Source: Guillardia theta CCMP2712 (taxonomy: Eukaryota; Protista; Cryptophyta). Taken from it: a stretch of 40,649 nucleotides of DNA. Of the stretch, positions 27,351 to 40,122 are shown in pieces; position 1 is the first letter of the stretch; every line of letters begins with the position of its first letter. The position numbers and the translations under genes were made by a program. The stretch covers positions 125,742 to 166,390 of the forward strand of contig NW_005434562.1 of the NCBI RefSeq assembly GCF_000315625.1, in the 5' to 3' direction. The notes under the pieces were generated by a model that worked only from the letters and a program-made list of their open reading frames with translations, searched no databases and had not been told where the DNA came from.

Positions 27351-30300
27351 CAGCTTGTTCTTTCCCCTGAAAAACTCGATATTGCGCCTCGCTCTGATAG
27401 TGGAGGAGGACGTTGAACATGTCTGATGATGCGGTGTGAGACAGAAGAGGGCGGAGGAGGGAGAGGAGGAGAGGAAGAGGAGAGTGGAGGGGGGAGGAGG
27501 TGAAGAGGGAGGGAGAGGAGGAGAGGAAGAGGAGGAAAGAGGAGGAAAGGAAGGAGGAGAGAGAGAGAGAAAGAGAAAGAGGAGGGGTGGTTAACGGGGG
27601 GAGAGGGGGGGACCTTCATCCATGCGGTCATCGCCGAGGCAGAGGATGAAGTCGACGCCTCCTCTATCGGTGATGTGACTCATCAGATGCTTCGTGATCG
27701 CCCCCTTGGTCACTCCCTCGTGTCGAACACGCACAAATGACTTCCCCATCACAACCTGCAGCCCTCGGTCAACCTCCTCCTCCTCCTCTCATCTCCTCCT
27801 CCTCCCCCGCTCATCTCCTCCTCCTCCTCCTCCTCCTCCTCCTCCTCCTGTTACTGTTCCATCCTACTCACCTCCCATCTCCACTTCATCCTCTTTTCTC
27901 CACTTCTTTACTTCCCCTCCCTCTCCTCAACTTCCCTCATCCCCCACCTCCTCCTCCACATGTCCCCTGCTCCTCCCTCTCTTCTTGTCCTTGTGTCTGT
28001 CTCTGTCTCCCGCTCTCGCAGTCTCTCGCTCCTCCCTTCTTCCTCCTCCTCCTCCTCCTCCTCCTAACCTCGACGGGCAGATGCGCCATAGTGTCCTCGA
28101 GATGGTTGAGGAGCTCTTTGCCTACCGAGATGTTGAGCCGAAAGATCGACTACAAGGCAAGGAAGCAGAACGCGAGCGAGGAGAGGAGAACGAGGGAAGA
28201 GAACAGTGGAGGGCGACGAGGAGGGAGAGGAGGAGAGGAGGAGGGCAGGAGTAGGGAGAAGGCGACAGAGAGAGACATAGGAGGCAAGGACGGAACAACG
28301 GAGAACGCGGGAGGAGAAACTTTGGGTAACCTTGAAGGGCTCCAAACTCAGGGTTGGTCGACCCGTAATGCCAAGTGATGGAGGCGACCTGTTGCTCGTC
28401 AACAGTCGACCAGCAACAAATACTGGGAGAAAGGGCAGAGAAAAACAGAAGAGGGAGGGAAGAGAGGCAAGAGAGGAAGGCGAGATAGGAGCTGCTGGAG
28501 TGAGGAGGGAGTGAGGGAGTGAGAAGGCTAGAGGAGGGAGTGAGGAAGTGAGGGAGTGAGGGAGTGAGGGAGGACGAAGAGAGGGGGCGGGTCCGCTACT
28601 TTGTCGCCTTCGATGAAGGTTCCTGTCGTCCTCTCCGCGTACGCCTCCATGACGTTCCTGCAGACCTGGAGATCGCCCCTACAGCGTCAGAGCATGTGTA
28701 ATCTTCGACTTCACATCCGTCACCTCCTTCCAGTCTGCTCTGACCTGTTCAGGTAAGATTGATCAGATCCTCCTCCTCTACTCCTCCTCCTCTCCTCCTC
28801 CTCTCATCCTCTAATCTCTTCCTCCTCTCCTTGTCCTCCTCTCATCCTCCTCCTCCTCCTCCTTCTCACCTCCATCCGAACATCCCATCGCTGCAAAGGA
28901 GAGCCCGGCCACTTGTAGTAGTATCCGTCCTCTGCTGCCAGACCCATCTGCTCCCACGCCTGCCCTCAGAGTCATCGGTCGACCCCCTTCGCTCCTCCTC
29001 CTCTGCCCTCTCCTCCTGCTCTCCCTCTCTCCTCCCTCTCACCTTGGCATGTGCCGTCCCCAGCCACTTGAGCAAATTCTCTGGCGTCTCTGAGGAGAGG
29101 AGGAAGACCAGGTTTCCACTTTCCTGGACTGCAAGGAGATCACTCTAGAGCGCGGAGGAGGAGGAGCACTCAGGGAGGACGAGCGATGAGAGCTGGGGCA
29201 GAGCTGGACATGAAGCAGGGAAGGGCAGTGGAGTACCTAGTTGCTGGAGGGACCTGATGCATTGGTCCTTGGATACATCCCCCATCTCTTCCTGCGGGTC
29301 GAGTGAGGAAGACGGAGGAGAGGAGGAGGATCAAGTGAGAGGACGAGGGAGAGAGGCAGAATAGAGGTGCAGGAGGGGGAACCCATGGGGAGGGGAGAGG
29401 GAGAGGGAGAGGCAGAGGGAGAGGGACAGACGAGGACGGGAGGGCATGGAGCGGGGGCCATCTGCCCCTCTTGATCGGCTCTCAGCTGTTGTTTACCTTG
29501 GGGCGAATGAGCAAGTCGACGTCGATAAGGAGAAGCCTTGTCTTTGCCTCCGAGTATGCCATCAGCACCTGTAAGACAAGGACGAGCATCAGAGTCTCCT
29601 CCTCCTCCTCCTCCTCCTCTTCCTCCTCCTCCTCCTCCTCCTCCTCCTCCTCATTTCCACTCCTCCATCGACCATCCTCGACTTCTCCTTGACCTCTCCT
29701 CATCCTACCCTCCATCCTCTCCTCCTCTCACCTGATCCGCCTTCAGCACATTGCTCGAGATCTCCTTGTACGTGCTCTTCACGAGCCCGACGCGGCAGCT
29801 CGCCGCTCGTTTCACGTCCTCGCCGTTGAGGATCATGCTCTCTCGCACTCTCTTCATGTCCAACAGGATCGTCTCTGCCCATCTCTCCACCGTGTGAGTC
29901 TTGCACCAGTCCACCTGCTGCAGGTGGTAGTGCTGCCGCTCGTGCGGGGGCTGCCGAAGGCACTTGACGATGGCCTTGGCGAAGTCTTCGTCTCGGAAGG
30001 GATTCGTTCTCATGGCCCCGGGGATGACGCGGCTGCACGCGGCGAACTCTGAGACCACCAGCGAGCCCTTCTTCCCCCCGTACTCGTTGCAGAGCACAAA
30101 CTCAAAGGGCACGAGGCTCAGGCCATGGCGCACCGACGCCATAACGAGCGCATCGCACTGCGCGAAGAGGGCACATCTCGGGCCGAAGGGCATCTTCTCA
30201 GTGAGCAGCATGAGGCTCCCCGGGTACTCCTTCTCGATCAGCTCGGCGGCTGCGTGCACCTGGTTGACGTACTCCTTGTGCATGAGCTCTCCCCTCGAGT

Positions 30301-32047
30301 CGTGGAGGGGGATGGCGACCTGGATGAGGAGGAGGTTCTTGCGGTACTCAGGGAACCCGTTGAGGATGTTGCGAAAGGCAGAGAGCTTGAGCGTGATGCC
30401 CGTGAGAGGCTCCAGGTCGTCGTACCCGCACAGGATGACCTGCTTCCCAGACTCCGCAAACTTCGCCTTCCAGTTCTCCAGCTCCTGCGACACCTGGGGT
30501 TCCTTGAGCCGCTCGCACAGAGTCGGAGCATCGATGCCGACGTGGCACGCCCGGATGTAGCAGTGGTGTCCGTTGAAGACCAGGAGCATCAACCCGCCGC
30601 GGGTGGGTCTATGCTCGATACCCAACAAGGTGGAGCAGCAGGAGAGGAAGTGTCGAGTGTAGTTGTAGTCGTGGAACTGGATGAAGTTGGAGTTCAGCAG
30701 GGAGTTGAGGATCTGTTTCCTGATCGGCAGGGTGCGGAAGATTTCAGAGGAGGGGAAGGGGGTGTTGAAGAAAAAGCAGACGTTGGCAGTGCGAGCTCGA
30801 GAGCCAATGAGCGTAGGGGCCATGAGAAGCTCGAGGTCAAACACGAAGACGATGTCTCCATCGTTGAAGTTCTGCACCACGGGAGTGACGTAGCGCAGGT
30901 TCACCGCGTTGTACAGCTGCCACTTCGCTCCGGCTGAGAAAGCACAGCACATGTCTCGATTTGTCGGATGGAAGAAATGGAAGACAGGCTTCAGGATATC
31001 ATGGCAGAAATCTTCGAACTCTGATGCCATGTCTCGCGGAAGGAAGACTGGGATACACTGAAACTTCTCTGCAAGCTCCTTCTCCACTTGCTCCTGATCC
31101 TCCTCGCTCACCTCGATGCCCAGTCCCCCCACATACCACACGTTGCAACGAGACCGAAGATCGCGAAGGTTCTCAATGACGTATGTCGCATGCCTGCTCA
31201 TGGATCGCATGACCTTTGTGTTGTCCATCTCTCGCAGCTTGCTGTCGGACAGCTGAGACAACCATTCAAAAGAGTACTTCCCTGTGACTGGGTCTCTGTG
31301 CGTGCTGAGAGGCAGGCGATATGTGATGATGTAGATCGTGTCGCTCTTGTCCAGGTTCGCCTGAAGTTCCAAGAAATGCTTTCCGAGATCTTTCTTTCCC
31401 TTTTCAAGAGATTGCTTTTTCTTGTTCAACAATCTTGCTCGCTCAGAGTTGAATCTGCCGTCGTCAAGCACCACTGAAGTTCCCTCCGGTGTTATCATTC
31501 GATTCTCTATGTCATTCTCCCAAGTCACGGTGCCATCCTGCTTGATGATCGAATACTTGTACTCGATGGTCTGACCTGTTGGCAAGTCCACAATCGCTGA
31601 CCACATCGGATATCTGTGATTGTCTGTCGATAGCACAACTCCGTTCCTTGGCTCCCATGAGCCGAGCTCTAGGCTTGACCCAGTAACGACTACAAGATCT
31701 CCAACCTCGGTGTTTGCCGTCACCTGGAATTCCACATTCGTCACAACTCTTCCTGAGCCGCTTGACAGCTTCAGCATCTGCGAATCAGGCCCTTGCTTGA
31801 ACTCGTTCAAAATCTGCTCCCTGCTCGACGGTCGCGACAGCCTAGCCTTGGGGGTCGCGGAGACAGGAGGCCTGGACAGGTCATTCGCGCTTCCTCCAGG
31901 GTTCCCAGTGAAGGACTGGATGCTCGACTGACTGTTTGTCCTGGAGGACAGCGTGCCCCCACTGGGGATGGTTGGGAGACCCCCGCTGCTGGGGTTGCTG
32001 TTGAGAGTTTTCTCGTGCGAAGAGTTTCTCTTCAATGTTCTGTCCAT
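27351..32047 (-). CDS. CBM20-trehalose-6-phosphate synthase (GT20)-phosphatase (HAD) fusion, class II-like; 3' end in the gap
   Basis: CBM20: VEFQVTANTEVGDLVVVTGSSLELGSWEP...YPMW...IEYKY...WENDIENR. GT20: RLP, WQLYNAVN, TPFPSSEIFRTLP, LVVSEFAACS. HAD exons: RLLLIDVD, GLAAEDGYYYKW, MEAYAERTTGTFIE, KELLNHLE, VRHEGVTKG, DFILCLGDDRMDE|DMF. Confidence 0.92.
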
Positions 32048-33476
32048 CTTCAAACTTTTGGATAACTCGGAAGCTCAATCAAGATTTGTGTCAGGTGATC
32101 CGAGTTGCCTCAGTGCCTTGGATGGCATGCGAACTCTCGTGACCTGACAAGAACCGTCAACAAGACGAGGAGACAGACACCTCCACGATCCCTAGCGCAT
32201 TTGACACCACAACGCAGACACCACAACGGATGGAGCTACATTCAGACAGAACCAGAACAAATGGAGCAGAGATGGACCTGAGTCGGGGTTAAGGAAACGA
32301 CAACGGATCCTGTAACGCAGGAGAACGAGCAGACCAGGAACGGAGGGGGAAGGAACAGGAAGAGGGATGCAACAATTAAGGTCTGGTCTCATGGTGCTGC
32401 ATACGGATGCGAGGAAACGGGTTGTGTAGAAGCGGTGGAAGCACAGTTTGTATGGAGCGGAGGCAGGGAGCGAGAGGGAGATCAATACAAAGGAACAAGA
32501 AAAGGAGGGATGGGGCAGGGGGAGGGAGGAGACGGAGCGGAGAACGAAGAGATCATGGGATACGAGAGAGGTAGTCAAGTGAAGAAGACGCATGATGAGA
32601 ATTATAACACGGAGCAAGCAAGCATGTACGGCGGAGCAAGCAAGCAAACGAATACGGGGTCGACGCCCTCGGGAGGCCATGAGGAGAGAAGATCGGGGAG
32701 TTGAGGTGGGGGGCGATGCGAGCGGAAGAGAATGGTATAGGCAGAGGGGAATAGTGGCTTTCGAGAGAAGTGAATCTCGCTGAAGAAGTAGGTGTTGGGA
32801 TGATCATTCCAGGTTGAGGTGCCGAAGTCAAGAGGGGTATATGAAAAGCACAAGAGAGGAGTTCAGACAATCAGAGGAAGAGAGAGAGAGGAGGGGAAGG
32901 AAGTGGAGACGGGGAGGAGAGGAGAAGAGAGAGGAGGGGGGGAGGAGAGCGGGAGGAGAGGAAGAGGAAGTCGCAGAATTTGTCGCCCCGCATGCCGCCG
33001 GCAATGAGAAGTGGGAGCAATGAACCAAAGGGGGGGTCCTTGAAAGCAGAAACGAAGGGTGGTATCAGAAAGTAGGGGGTAGTCTAAAGCAGAATTTTTG
33101 GTAGAATGGAGGGGTGATGTTTGATTGACAGGGGGTTGGCTCCTTTCAGCAAGAGGGGGTACTTGTGAGATCGGGGGTTGTTTCTCACTGAGAAGGACGG
33201 GTGATCTCGAGGTACCTCGCATTTAGATGTAGAAGAAAGGGGTGGGTTATATTCCAGTAAAATAGGAGGGTGGTTTACCGATATTTCTGGGGTCCTCGAA
33301 ACGCTATGGTGGGTAGGGGTGATGGAGCATGAAGGGTAGTAGTGGACAAGTGGTCGCTAGAGACAAAAGAGGGTGGGGGTGATTCTGGAGATTGTGTGGA
33401 AGATGAGGGGGTACATGAAGCTAAATGAATTGGTAGGGGTACTCCAAGATATACAGTGGGGTAGTAGATATCTGAC

Positions 33477-33730
33477 ACTTTCCGATTTCAATCGAATTCA
33501 TTTGGGCCGGCCCGGGCCCGCACATTCACGTTTCACTCAGTCACTCAGCCTGCCCGGCCACAATGTTGAATCAGTACTCGAAGCTCTGCGTATCTACACC
33601 ACGCAGTATCCTCGAGCCGATTGGGATAGGTACCTCCCCATCCTGGAGACTCACCTAAACTCAGCTGTTCGCCGCCCCATCGGTGCCAGCCCTTTCGAAG
33701 TACGGTAATGGCGAATCATGCGGCTCGTTC
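33477..33730 (+). mobile_element. Dispersed repeat carrying a degenerate Ty3/gypsy-type integrase core fragment
   Basis: NVESVLEALRIYTTQYPRADWDRYLPILETHLNSAVRRPIGASPFEVR* resembles the post-catalytic rve segment (LR.Y...DWD..LP.....N.......G.SPF). No RT, gag or LTR is visible. A second copy lies at 40123-40270. Confidence 0.65.
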
Positions 33731-34239
33731 GGCTCGTTCGGCCGCTGGCCCGCCAGTCGCGGGAGCGAGACTGAGAACTTGAACTCGGAACTCGGATTGA
33801 GCCGATGAGCTTTTTCAGGTCGGCAGGAGGTCAACAAGGAAACTGCCGAAGTATCGCTGGTTGTCTCTGCCCACCTGCACAAACTGCCAGTCAAAAGGAT
33901 AGAGCCGAAACTTTCACCGTTCCTTCGTTACCGTGTAAAGCGGGATAATGGCCTCTCTGGAGCCCCGAACATGCTGCGACCTCTCTAACATATCCTGAAA
34001 AGTTACGCATCTCAGTCAGGCTTATCGGATCACCAACAAGACCCCCCTGCTCCCTTGAACTACTAAGTGGTTTCTAACTTCATCCCCATGTTACCCCTGT
34101 TCCCCCTCAGGCAATACCACTTCATTCTATTCCTGTTTGTTGTTCCCTACCTGGACCACACTCTCAAGAGTGCCTCCTTTGGTGTGAGATGAATGCTTAT
34201 GACGGCCAACGCGATCGTCCATCCCTCCGACTCCTGCCA

Positions 34240-36356
34240 CTACGACAAGGCGAGCAACTGCTCCTGGTTTCCGGTACTGGACATGCCAACAGGATCATGG
34301 AAGAGGATGTGTTCGGAGCTGGAGGTCACCTGGGCGATGCATGGATCGACTGCCAACTCAGCCGCCCACTGAGCAGAAAAAATGAACAATCGCTCGAAAG
34401 GTAATTGCCGGGCCAGACCTGGGGGAACCCTCGAAATGAAACATAGTCGGTTCCGTTCAAGGTCTTGCCAGACTGAACAGCTCCCACCAGGCTGCGAGTG
34501 GCCGCTCCTGCTTGTTGGCAACGCTAGTGCAATGAGACTGGACGGTGAGATTGAAGTCGAGCGAGACGTACCTGGAACGATACTGAAGGATGCACCAGAT
34601 CGTTGCAGAAGTAGCTTCCGACTGGCCTTGGTCGTCCAAGTCTGCTGAGGGTTGAAGACGCCTGGAGGCCAAGAGTCATCACTGCCGTCTCCTCGAACAA
34701 TGATCTGACAGATGTCAACGACGGGCTGTACGTCGGTGCCGCCATGGCCTTGGAGATCCACGTGCTCTTTGTGCGGGGCTTGTCATTGTGTATTCCTTCC
34801 TCGTCGTTGAGCTGCAGGTCTTGAGTTCTTGCGCTCAGAACGTCTGCATGCTCCCAAGACTCGTGAGGCCCGCGGGGGTCGGCGCTCTGAAGCTCAACAC
34901 TGGAGTCCGGCTGATTACAGGAATGCTCCTCTTGATACACTTCATCGAAATCCTCCGGCTCGTAGAATTGAGACTCGTAAGCATCAAGCAGCCTCGCAGA
35001 GCACAGTATAACTTTTGGTTGCGGCGGTCTGACCCTATGTGGATATTAGGCCATGAGTGTGCGTTGTCGATGAAAGCTCACTTGATCGGTTTACCGAGAA
35101 TCTGCCCTCCCTAGGAGTCTGTCAGACAAGAAGGTGGCCCAGTCGAAAGCAACCTTCATATCTTCAAAAGCACTCTTTGCGCTTGACTCATCAAGAAAAT
35201 TCACAAAAGCCAGGGCATTGTAGAGTCCTTCCTAAGGCGATATTAGAAAGCGAGGCTGGAAGGGTAAAGTTGACCCCGACCCCTCGTAACAACAATCTCT
35301 GTGGCATGCAGACCATCAAAAACAGACCTTCTGTTGGTTTTGAACTGCTATCGACGCTATCATTCCAAACTGCTCAAACACATCCCACAGCTCCTAAAGG
35401 ACACTTGAGTCAGCCACGCTTGAGAATGGACCAAGCTTTCCTACTTGTTTTGTCACCAGAGGAGGTAAACTTCCTACCCACAGCACCCAACACTCGTGAG
35501 GAACCTCTTCATCGTAGTCTTGATACTCATAGTATTCATCCTCGATGGAAATTGGCTGCTCTGTCCTTTCATCGTCCTGTGAACCATTCGCTTGCTCCTG
35601 TACTGGTACATCCCAATTGCCAGCGACCTGTTCGGACATGCCGTCAAGGAGCTGAGGATTCTTCAAGGCTCAAAGCTCCTTGCCTCTGATGCAGCTGCAA
35701 ATTCCACAGGGAGTGTGCTCTCGTCGGCATTTGTATCCACAAAGGCACTGTGGTCACTGCGCCCTCCGCAATCGTCATCTTGTGCCTAACAATGCCCTCA
35801 GGTACAAAACAGCAGAAGAAATCAGAGCATAGACTCACTTCGACCGAATGAGAAGTTCTGGGCACTACATCCACTTTTCCCGCCAACTGCAACAAGGTTC
35901 AATTCAACTTCTCATGTTCCCATGTGAGCACACGTCGGTATTCTTGTCCTCTTCAACCATCCCTGCACACAGCGCAGGTGACGTAGTTGTCGGTTGGACT
36001 TCACTCGGCGGGGCATTCTTCGAATTCTATCCCATTCTGTCAGAGGCAAGGGCCTAGTAGAGGCCTATCAGCAGCGTACGATCCATTCATCGATGATCCT
36101 TTCAGCTGCCTTCTCGATCTTATGGACATCTATCAGGAGAACTCAGGAGGGATGGCAGGGTCCGTTGGAGGACCTTCACTGCACGAGGATTCCAGAACCT
36201 GAATGCCCAACATCAACGCACCGGACGGGATGTCAAAGGAAAAGTCACTTACTCCTCGAACGACCAGCAGTTGTTCTTCTCGGGACCCCCCTTCCTGCAG
36301 TAGCGAACAAGATCAGTGCGAGGACACTTTGGTTGGGGCGCGACCTCCTCGGACAT
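34240..36356 (-). CDS. Multi-exon RRM-containing protein; both ends uncertain
   Basis: Spliced RRM at ~35020-35495: WVLWVGSLPPLVTKQ|ELWDVFEQFGMIASIAVQNQQK|EGLYNALAFVNFLDESSAKSAFEDMK|GGQILGKPIK|VRPPQPK, with RNP2 LWVGSL and RNP1 NALAFVNF. Candidate start MSEEVAPQPKC at 36356. Confidence 0.6.
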
Positions 36357-37756
36357 GATGATAGATGTGATGGAGATGCAGCTGACTATGGGCATGGATA
36401 TGGACATGAATAAATCGAATAGATGGATAGACGGATGGATATGACCAAGATGATGAAATTGATAGAAACGATTGTATTTATGGTGATGAGGTATACGATC
36501 GAGCTTGGCCATGATTCTCATATCGTGAAATTTGTGATAGAAGAAGTTAAGACAAGTCTCTCACATCTAAGATTGCATGTATGTAAGGCGCCATGACCGA
36601 TTCGTCGCACTCCTCCAGCTCCATCCACGCCATTGCGTCTGCCCCCAGATCCTGTCGTAAGCCTTGCCTTGAGGTGGACTCGGAGAAATACCTTTTTGAT
36701 TTTCAAAATTATTGCCCCCACATTTCAAAATTAAAAAGTAAACTTGAACTCTCAACAATTCGTCATTCACCCCCCTTTTCTCTGGTAGCAACACCCGGTC
36801 CTCAGAAATCTCCAAATTTATTCAATATGAACAACCCACCCCCAAACTTCCCGCGCTTTCCCCTAATACAAGCGGGTCACCCCCATCACCCCGTATATTA
36901 TAGTGACCTGAACCCCAACTCTCAACCACACTACCCCTCTATTTACTGTTAAAAGTACCCCTATAAAATCTACAAGACATCTACCCCACCACCAAGTGTG
37001 ACTCATATTCTACATGATCTTGACTACACACCACCCTACCCACGAGCTAATCAAAGGCAACCCCTACCCACTGATGAAAACGAAGTTTGGGTTAGTGCTA
37101 CACCACACCCCTGGAAATACACCGTCCTTCCTAATATGACCCCAAGTATACAGATATATTACCCCCACTTAAGACTATGCTGTGATCTACCCCACCACTA
37201 CAAGAAGCTAAAATTTACACAACCCCTCCTTTCAGTTCTACTACCCCGTGCTAGTCAACGTTCTTCGTTGCGGCCGAAACTTTGCGAGTGATAACTTTTA
37301 TATTATATATAATGTTTTATATCATTGATCCGTACAAATTGTTTTCTTCCGTTGCGACAAATCTTTTATTTTTAGCATCATTATGTCAATTATGCTCTTC
37401 ATACTCCAAGACTTGTGCAGTATATATATGAATATTTGTACCAAAATACATTGAAGGCAATCTCGTGCTACCGGATTTCCTTTTAAAGATTTTTAAAAAA
37501 TGTTTTACTGGCACTTGTAGAATACTTTTAGGAGGATGCCTCTCTTTATTAAGGAAGGCCGCGTGCCATGTCCGCTGACCACAGTATGGACATGCATGCT
37601 AGCCCTTTGGAGGAGGAGGAGGACAAGATCTGATCGCCTGCACTCCATCCTCTTCACATCAGTTACATCCGTATACCTTCCTCTTGCCGGACAGGTTCCT
37701 TCTTGCCCTTGACTGTTGTCGTTGGTGCTTTGTTCGAAGTTCTTTGGGATATTCAA

Positions 37757-38908
37757 ATGTTAAAACTTCTTTTGGCAAGATCTGCCATGATTCTGTTTGC
37801 TATGAATGTCGGGCTCACCAACTTTGTTGTGCCATCTCTCGGTTTTGTGCATAGCTTGCCGTCATTTCGTTTGAGCGCGACGGCAACAAACTACGAGAAG
37901 GAGCATGTGAAGAATGTCGGCGCGATCGTATCAACACATAAAAAGCTCAAGCACTCGCCATATGTTGTTGAAGGCGCCAGAGATGCGATCTTTAGTTTCG
38001 ACTTCGAGAGCGCGGCCGAGATACCTGAGACTTTCCTGGGGCAGGAGATTCAGCGGTACTCGCCCATGGACCTCTTTCACGAGCTCTGTCTTGAGTCAAG
38101 GAAGTATGACCACAACAAGCTCCTGATTGGAGAGATGAAGAAGCACATCCTCTACAGAAACAGTCTGGCGGAATCTATCGCCAGTGTGCTGGCATCGAAG
38201 CTTGCTACTAAGGAGATAGACGAGGACCATCTCTTCGAGACCTTGCATGCCACTTTGACGGAAAATCCTCAGATCGTGTCAGACTCCATCCAGGACTTAT
38301 TGTGGATCCGAGACATCGACCCTGCAGCCACCAGCTTCATCCAGCCGTTCTTGTACTACAAGGGATTCCATGCAGTGATCGTCCAGAGGATCGGACATCG
38401 TTTGTGGGTGACAGGAGATGAAGAGATGCGGATGATTGCTCTGATGCTTCAGAGCCGCGCCAGTGAGAAGTTCTCGGTGGATGCCCATCCTGGAGCGAAG
38501 CTGAGCCACGCTATCATGATCGATCATGCGTCAGGGGTGGTGATAGGCGAGACGGCGTCCATCGGGCATCACTGCTACATCCTTCATGGAGTGACGCTGG
38601 GGGCAACCGGCAAGGCTGGGGTGTTTGATCGTCATCCAAAAGTAGGGAATCGCGTCAAGATTGGAGCTGGCGCGATGATCCTGGGAAACATTCCCGTTTC
38701 GGATGATGTTGTGGTTGGCGCAGGAGCGATTGTAACTATTCCTGTTGGACAGGTGATAAGATTGCATGTTGTCTCCTGTGTAAGCCTGTACTGACTAGAT
38801 GAACAGGGAGAGACGGTTGTGGGAATTAATCGTGTTCTAGACGCAAATCAGCGCAAGACAGCCAACGATGCGCTGCAGGACATGAACACCTGGATGTTCA
38901 CGATCTAG
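37757..38908 (+). CDS. cysE: Serine O-acetyltransferase, probably plastid-targeted; intron 38753-38806
   Basis: DPAA...FLYYKGFHA...RIGHRLW, VDAHPGAKL, MIDHASGVVIGETASIG, ILHGVTLGATGK, DRHPKVG and hexapeptide repeats. C-terminus WMFTI* ends in the Ile typical of SATs that bind cysteine synthase. N-terminal signal peptide with SLG|F followed by a Ser/Thr-rich transit-like stretch. Confidence 0.95.
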
Positions 38909-39590
38909 AAGGGCATGTGGCTTCGCACTCTTGTACATAGAATGTAACTGATAACAAACATCTGATCTGGTGCGGAACTCCGTCTGTTTACTCATTGTTT
39001 CCTGTCAAGCTTTGTCGTCACGACAAACTGTCAAGCTTTCCATCAAGAGAGTTTGATGGACTTTCTGCTGTGTTGTACCTTGACGTTGGGTATAACGATC
39101 AACATCCTTGCATGGCGTTTGGCACTCAAACATCAACTCCACCCGCTCTCATGCACGATTGTTCGATAACACTTCAAAGTAAAAGATGTCAGATATGTTT
39201 CACAATCTCCATTGAGTCTGGCACAATCAGCACTCGAGTTTGTTTGTTAGAGCTTTCGAAGGGTTATCGAATATTGCCCTTGTTCACACACCCTTGCAGG
39301 AGGTATAAGTTGGCTGTTAGACCTGTTCCTCCTAGCCCTGCACATCAACCAGCTCTCTCTTGTTAGGAGCGTCTGAGGGCATGACGGGAGTAGAGGAGGC
39401 TTCCGTGAGGAAGGGAAGGAAGGGAAGGACCTGACAGGCTCAACAGAAGGGAGCGGGGGGGATCTGCATGGCTTCACCTACGATGAGATGCGGTAGGATG
39501 CGGGAGGAGGGGCAGGAGGAGAGGAGATGCTATCAGCAAGTAGGGCAGAGGTTCATTTATTTGACTGACACTTTGCCGGATGTCAAAAAG

Positions 39591-39694
39591 TGCAAGACAG
39601 CCAACACGGCATGACCACCTGGATGGTCACAATCTAGAAAGCATGTTGAATTGTACTCTTGTACATGCAATGTAACTGATAGCAAACATCTGAT
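39591..39694 (+). pseudogene. Diverged duplicate of the end of the SAT last exon and its 3' UTR
   Basis: caagacagccaac...catgaccacctggatggtcacaatctagaa...actcttgtacat..aatgtaactgat.gcaaacatctgat aligns to 38853-38966 with substitutions and an internal deletion. Confidence 0.8.
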
Positions 39695-39848
39695 TTCCCT
39701 CGTCCTCGTCCTCGTCCTCGTCCTCTCTTGCACTCGCCCGCTCCTCTTCCTCCACTGAGCTTCACCACGGCAGCTTCTCCCTGTCGTAGGCGAAGAAACT
39801 TCCAGTTTCGGCCTGATCGAAAAAGTTGCACGTCAGACAAACTAGAGA

Positions 39849-39990
39849 AGGAGAGGGAGAGGGAGAGGGAGAGGGAGAGGGAGAGGGAGAGGGAGAGGGA
39901 GAGGGAGAGGGAGAGGGAGAGGGAGAGGGAGAGGGAGAGGGAGAGGGGAGAGGGAGAGGGAGAGGGAGAGGGAGAGGAGGAGGAGGAGGG
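39849..39990 (+). repeat. (GAGAGG)n microsatellite abutting an assembly gap
   Basis: Tandem hexamer running into Ns. Confidence 0.95.
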
Positions 39991-40122
39991 NNNNNNNNNN
40001 NNNNNNNNNNNNNNNNNNNNNNNNNNNNNNNNNNNNNNNNNNNNNNNNNNNNNNNNNNNNNNNNNNNNNNNNNNNNNNNNNNNNNNNNNNCCTCTAAAAG
40101 AGGGTGAGAGTAGACATGGACT

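Noticed and set aside
25788-27631. Long ORFs of 356-542 aa
   Set aside because: They are artefacts of reading through the 991-nt N gap. The flanks belong to two convergent genes (G-patch on +, TPS on -).
28081-28254. Plus-strand MRHSVLEMVEELFAY... as a continuation of the G-patch gene
   Set aside because: The minus strand encodes the conserved TPP segment KELLNHLEDTMAHLPVE.
29964-30937. Long plus-strand ORFs overlapping TPS
   Set aside because: They are antisense shadows caused by GC-rich third codon positions.
33030-37290. Intact LTR retrotransposon around the integrase fragment
   Set aside because: No LTR pair, gag, RT or RNase H is visible, and the interior splices into a host-like RRM gene.
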